Assembly: GCA_017502125.1 (NCBI GenBank) | Contig: JAFVVN010000039.1 | Span: 11,505-75,504, forward strand | Reading direction: 5' to 3' | Origin: Bacteroidales bacterium | GTDB taxonomy: Bacteria > Bacteroidota > Bacteroidia > Bacteroidales > UBA932 | DNA: 64,000 nucleotides | Shown: piece by piece, positions 60,202 through 64,000 of the stretch | Numbering within the stretch: the first letter of the stretch is position 1 | Layout of the letters: each line of letters starts with the position of its first letter | The notes under the pieces: generated by a model | What the model saw: only the letters and a program-made list of their open reading frames with translations | What the model was told of the DNA's origin: nothing | Database searches by the model: none | Made by a program: the position numbers and the translations under genes

Positions 60202-61335
60202 TTATTTGACGTAGAACCTGTATTCGGTCTCTGAATGATACTTCTCTCCCGGACGGAGGACTGTGCTCGGGAAGCGGTCCTGGTTCGGAGAGTCAGGGAA
60301 ATGGATGGTCTCGAGGAGCATTCCTCCGAACTTCTGGATCGGTCCATATTTGCCGTTCGGATATCCCTTGGCGCTGAATGTGCGGCCGGTGAAGGTCAGG
60401 AGGGCAGGCTCGGTGGTCCAGGTCTCCACTCCACGTCCGGTCTCGGGGTCGTAGAGGTCTGCCGCCCTACGCAGGGTGCCGTCCCAGTCACGCACGGCCC
60501 AGCATGCAGACATTCCCCTCATGATCCTCAGGTGCTCATTCGGCATGTCTATCCTGTAGTCTATACGCTGCGGCTGGCGGAAATCGAAAGGAGTCCCCTC
60601 GACATGAAGGAGCTTGTCAGGACAGAAATGCGTGTTGTTCTGCACACAGGTGTCGGCTTCCACCTGGAGGAGGTGCTCCATGACATAGCATCCCTTGCTT
60701 CCGCGCATGTTGAAATATGTGTGATTGGACAGGTTAACCACGGTAGGCTTGTCCGTTACCGCATCATATTCGAGCCTGACCACATTGTCGTCAGTCAGCC
60801 AATAGGTCACATATGCATCCATATTGCCGGGAAATCCCTGTTCCCCATCCGGACTGAGACGGTGGAACCTCACTCCCACACGTCCCGGCTCCACGACAGC
60901 CTCACCTTCCCAGACGAACTTGTCAAAACCCTTCCTGCCACCGTGGCACTGGACCGGTTCTCCCCCGAATTTCTCATTGGCATCCACCTCATACCTGACT
61001 CCGTCCAGAGTGAAGGCGGCATGGTCGATACGGTTTCCGAAACGGCCGATCACCGGGCCGATAAAGCGGTCCTTCTTTTCGAATGATTCGAGGTCTCCAT
61101 ATCCGACCACGACATCATCCATCCTGCCGTCACGTCCCGGCATGCATATACGGACGATGCGGCAACCGTAGTCGGTCACGTCCATGGATGCACCGTTGGA
61201 GTTGACCATATGCCACAGGGTGACTTCCTCTCCTGTGGAAAGTGTTCCGAATGATTCGGCAGTCACGGATGCCTCGCGGGAACATCCGCAAAGAATGCAA
61301 AGCACTGATACAAATGCTGAAAAAAGTCTCTTCAT
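60202..61335 (-). CDS. galM: Aldose 1-epimerase (mutarotase), lipoprotein-like signal
   Basis: IGRFGNRI, HGG, GFPG, NLSNHTYFN, TPFDFR, LETIHFPDSPN. Confidence 0.92.
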   Translation of the reverse strand: MKRLFSAFVSVLCILCGCSREASVTAESFGTLSTGEEVTLWHMVNSNGASMDVTDYGCRIVRICMPGRDGRMDDVVVGYGDLESFEKKDRFIGPVIGRFGNRIDHAAFTLDGVRYEVDANEKFGGEPVQCHGGRKGFDKFVWEGEAVVEPGRVGVRFHRLSPDGEQGFPGNMDAYVTYWLTDDNVVRLEYDAVTDKPTVVNLSNHTYFNMRGSKGCYVMEHLLQVEADTCVQNNTHFCPDKLLHVEGTPFDFRQPQRIDYRIDMPNEHLRIMRGMSACWAVRDWDGTLRRAADLYDPETGRGVETWTTEPALLTFTGRTFSAKGYPNGKYGPIQKFGGMLLETIHFPDSPNQDRFPSTVLRPGEKYHSETEYRFYVK

Positions 61336-61391
61336 ATTCCTTATGATTGAATATTATGCCCCAAGGGGCAATGCAATAACCTGTATCAAGC

Positions 61392-61422
61392 AAATCGGCA
61401 GGTCATTACAACCTGCCAATTT
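61392..61422. terminator. Intergenic hairpin
   Basis: AAAT(C)GGCAGGT-CATTACA-ACCTGCC(A)ATTT. Confidence 0.5.
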
Positions 61423-61448
61423 ACGAATTACTTATGTATAAACCAATT

Positions 61449-64000
61449 CTATTTTAAAGTCGAAAGCATGAATTTCGACCAGAGATTGTCGTTCTTGAGT
61501 TCAAGCGAAGTCTCGAAACACTTCCGGGCCTCTTCCTTTTCTCCAAGTCCGAGATATCCCAGTCCCATCATGCGGTAGGCCATGGTGTTGATTCCCTCGA
61601 CGGTGAGGCTGGAGGTTCCCTCAGCTCCATAGAAGCTTACTATATCCTCGACTATTGCAGCCTTACCCTCAGCCAGGAGAGCCTCATAGATGACCTTCGC
61701 CTCTGCCTGCCTGCCGAGCTTCTGAAGGGCAAGACCCTTCCAGTAACGGCAGAAAGAAAGTTTCGTATCCACTCCGACAGCCTTCTTGTAATATGAAGAT
61801 GCCTTGGACTTCTGTCCCATCTTCTCGTACGCCTGACCCATGAAGTAATATGCCTGGGCATCACGCGGGCTTCTCTCGTCCACAAGGAAGACCTGATGGT
61901 TCACCGGATATTCGAAAGACTTCTCATAGAGAGCGAGCGCACCCTTGCAGTCACCTGCAAGCACCTTCTGATGACCGGCACAGAGAAGAGCGTCCACATA
62001 GACCTCATGGAAGGATGCAACTCCCTCACGAGTAGGGAAATAGCAATTCTCAAGAAGGTCAAGCACATAGTCATATTCTCCGACGAATGTTCCGGTCACG
62101 ACCTCCTGTGCAAGCGGATAGTAACGCTTCACAGCTGTCTTGTGATGAGATTTCAGGATCTCGTATCTCTTCTCCACAGCCTCTCCCTTTGCTTCAAGGA
62201 CATGTTCCTGCTCCTCAAGATAGAGAGCCTTTTCTGGAGCGAGCTCCACAGCCTTTGCATAGCACTTTGCTGCCTCGTCATAGTTCTTGGTGTAGAGCCA
62301 GTTGTACCAGCCGAGGTTTCTCCATGCGAGGTCCATCTGAGGATTCATCTCCACACACCTGCTCCACTGCTGTGCAGCCGCATCCTGCTGCTTGTTGTAG
62401 AGGAGGCAGCCGAGATAGTAATATGGCTTGTCGCTCTCAGGGAAGAGTTCCTTCGCTTTTTCAAGCACAGGGATGGTCTCCAGACGGAAAGGATTGCAGT
62501 AGTCCACCGGCATTGCCAGGGCTGCCTCATACATAGCCTTTTCACCGGTGAGATAGCCCAGCCACATCTTGACTGTAGGATATGCCTTCAGGGCATCAGC
62601 CTCCTTGAGGATCTTGACAGCCTCATCGGCGAATCCGTTGTGAAGATAAAGGATGGCAAGCTCCATATAGTCCTCGATCTCGCCTCCCATGAGGGTCACA
62701 TAATCTGAGGTTCCGTTGAGCTTGTCAAGTTCATATGTAGTGTAGATGTTGAGCGGATCCACAGCGAGGATGCCCTCAAGAAGAGCCTTCGCCTCTGCCT
62801 TACGGCCTTCCACGCGAAGGATGGAAGCCTTGAGGTTCACGGCATTCCAGTTGTTGCCGTTGTTCTGGATGGCTTCGTCAAGACGGATGAGGGCATTCTG
62901 ATAGTCCTTCACCTGCGAGTACATCTGGGCAAGCTGGTAGTTTGCCGGAGAGTTGTAGGCGAAGTTCCATGTCGCACGATAAAGAGTGTCCATGGCTTCG
63001 GCATATTTGCCCTGGGTCTTGAGGATGAGACCGAGATTGTACATGGCCTCACAGTCCGCAGGACGGGTGTAGTCATGGGTCTGACGACGGATTGCACGAC
63101 GGAAATGGTTCGCTGCCTTCTCGTATTCTCCGTTCTTACGCAGGATCACACCCATCTGGGTGTTCGAACGTGTGTCACCCGGATCGCGGCGAAGCACCTC
63201 AAGGAAGTAGTCAGCAGGATTCACGAAAGGATTATGGAACTGAAGGTTACGGAGTCCCACGAAGTAGCATTCTTCGTTGTTCTCGATTTCATGAGGACGT
63301 TTCGGACGGTCCACTATCTCAGGAAGCGGCTTGTCGTAGCTTGTATCCTTGCGAGGAGTGTAGCTGAGGACCGGCTTGCCGTCTGCATCATAGAGGTTCA
63401 TTGTGATTTCATATGGATTCCATGACTCGTCAAGCTTCACGGTCTCCACGAACGGCTTGTCCGGAGCGATGTCGAGGACATTCTCATATACCTTCTCACC
63501 GCCCTTCACGAGCTCCACCTTCATTCCGTTCTTCGCCTCTGTGGTGTTCACTCCAAGGAGATACTTACCCTTGCCCTGAGGCTCGAAATTCATGGCAGCC
63601 AGAGTGTTGCCGGCCTTCACGCCCTTGATGTTGCGGATACCGTAGTAGTACTGGGTGAACTTCTTCACCTCATATGGCTTGTTCCAGTTGTAGTCCGGCT
63701 GGTTGTCGGAATATGCACCCATCATCAGCTCGATGTAGTGACCTGAATCGTCTGTGAGGATCTTGGTGTCCCACATCGAGTTAGGACCCCAGAGCCAGAA
63801 CTTGCCGCCTTTGTTGATGTGGTGGTTGGCAGTGAGCATGGTTCCTGCATCGGCACCGTGGTCATATCCTGCAACGAAATCCTCCTTGAGGTCATGCACG
63901 AACATGGAGTTGGACATATAGTGGTTCTTCCACCATGACACATCCACATCCTCGTTATAGAACTGCATGTCGTTGAAGGTCTCGTGAGTGATCGGCCAGT
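61449..64000 (-). CDS. DUF5107-like domain plus TPR-repeat protein, 5' end beyond the window
   Basis: GGKFWLWG..W...LTD..G.YIELMMGAYSDNQPDY motif followed by many TPR-like helices; frame open to the window edge. Confidence 0.8.
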   Translation of the reverse strand, partial: WPITHETFNDMQFYNEDVDVSWWKNHYMSNSMFVHDLKEDFVAGYDHGADAGTMLTANHHINKGGKFWLWGPNSMWDTKILTDDSGHYIELMMGAYSDNQPDYNWNKPYEVKKFTQYYYGIRNIKGVKAGNTLAAMNFEPQGKGKYLLGVNTTEAKNGMKVELVKGGEKVYENVLDIAPDKPFVETVKLDESWNPYEITMNLYDADGKPVLSYTPRKDTSYDKPLPEIVDRPKRPHEIENNEECYFVGLRNLQFHNPFVNPADYFLEVLRRDPGDTRSNTQMGVILRKNGEYEKAANHFRRAIRRQTHDYTRPADCEAMYNLGLILKTQGKYAEAMDTLYRATWNFAYNSPANYQLAQMYSQVKDYQNALIRLDEAIQNNGNNWNAVNLKASILRVEGRKAEAKALLEGILAVDPLNIYTTYELDKLNGTSDYVTLMGGEIEDYMELAILYLHNGFADEAVKILKEADALKAYPTVKMWLGYLTGEKAMYEAALAMPVDYCNPFRLETIPVLEKAKELFPESDKPYYYLGCLLYNKQQDAAAQQWSRCVEMNPQMDLAWRNLGWYNWLYTKNYDEAAKCYAKAVELAPEKALYLEEQEHVLEAKGEAVEKRYEILKSHHKTAVKRYYPLAQEVVTGTFVGEYDYVLDLLENCYFPTREGVASFHEVYVDALLCAGHQKVLAGDCKGALALYEKSFEYPVNHQVFLVDERSPRDAQAYYFMGQAYEKMGQKSKASSYYKKAVGVDTKLSFCRYWKGLALQKLGRQAEAKVIYEALLAEGKAAIVEDIVSFYGAEGTSSLTVEGINTMAYRMMGLGYLGLGEKEEARKCFETSLELKNDNLWSKFMLSTLK

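Overview
Gene-dense segment of a Bacteroidales (Bacteroidota) chromosome, judged from three SusC/SusD pairs, many lipoproteins and TAnnTTTG -7 promoter elements. 1-29.5 kb is a large alpha-glucan (starch/pullulan) utilisation locus. It holds a SusA-like GH13, a second GH13, a type I pullulanase, two SusC/SusD pairs, a SusE/F-like lipoprotein, a multidomain surface GH13, a 907-aa lipoprotein with a 166-residue strict (E/T/D)-Pro tether, an MFS maltose transporter, a divergent LytS-like kinase/LytTR pair and an OPA-family MFS-malQ operon. No SusR is seen in the window. Phased GACGAA direct repeats (21-22 bp period, typical LytTR geometry) sit upstream of both the malT-susC and the pulA transcription units, so the best candidate for an undescribed system is a starch PUL controlled by a LytS/LytTR two-component system. 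29.7-37.2 kb is a compact GH30_3 (beta-1,6-glucan type) PUL. 37.5-56.2 kb is mostly housekeeping (MATE, rsgA, polyprenyl synthetase, U32, recO, rdgB, S41, HAD, S8, queH, NhaC family, menA, CPBP). It is interrupted by a two-gene cell-envelope cassette flanked by ~112-bp direct repeats and preceded by a ~340-nt leader with terminator/antiterminator geometry. queH carries an in-frame 51-bp tandem-repeat insertion. 56.3-64 kb is a GH2-SGNH-galM-DUF5107/TPR cluster. Several palindromic repeat families occur in intergenic spaces. No rRNA, tRNA, CRISPR array, transposase or integrase was recognised. All family assignments come from motif recognition by eye, not from database searches.
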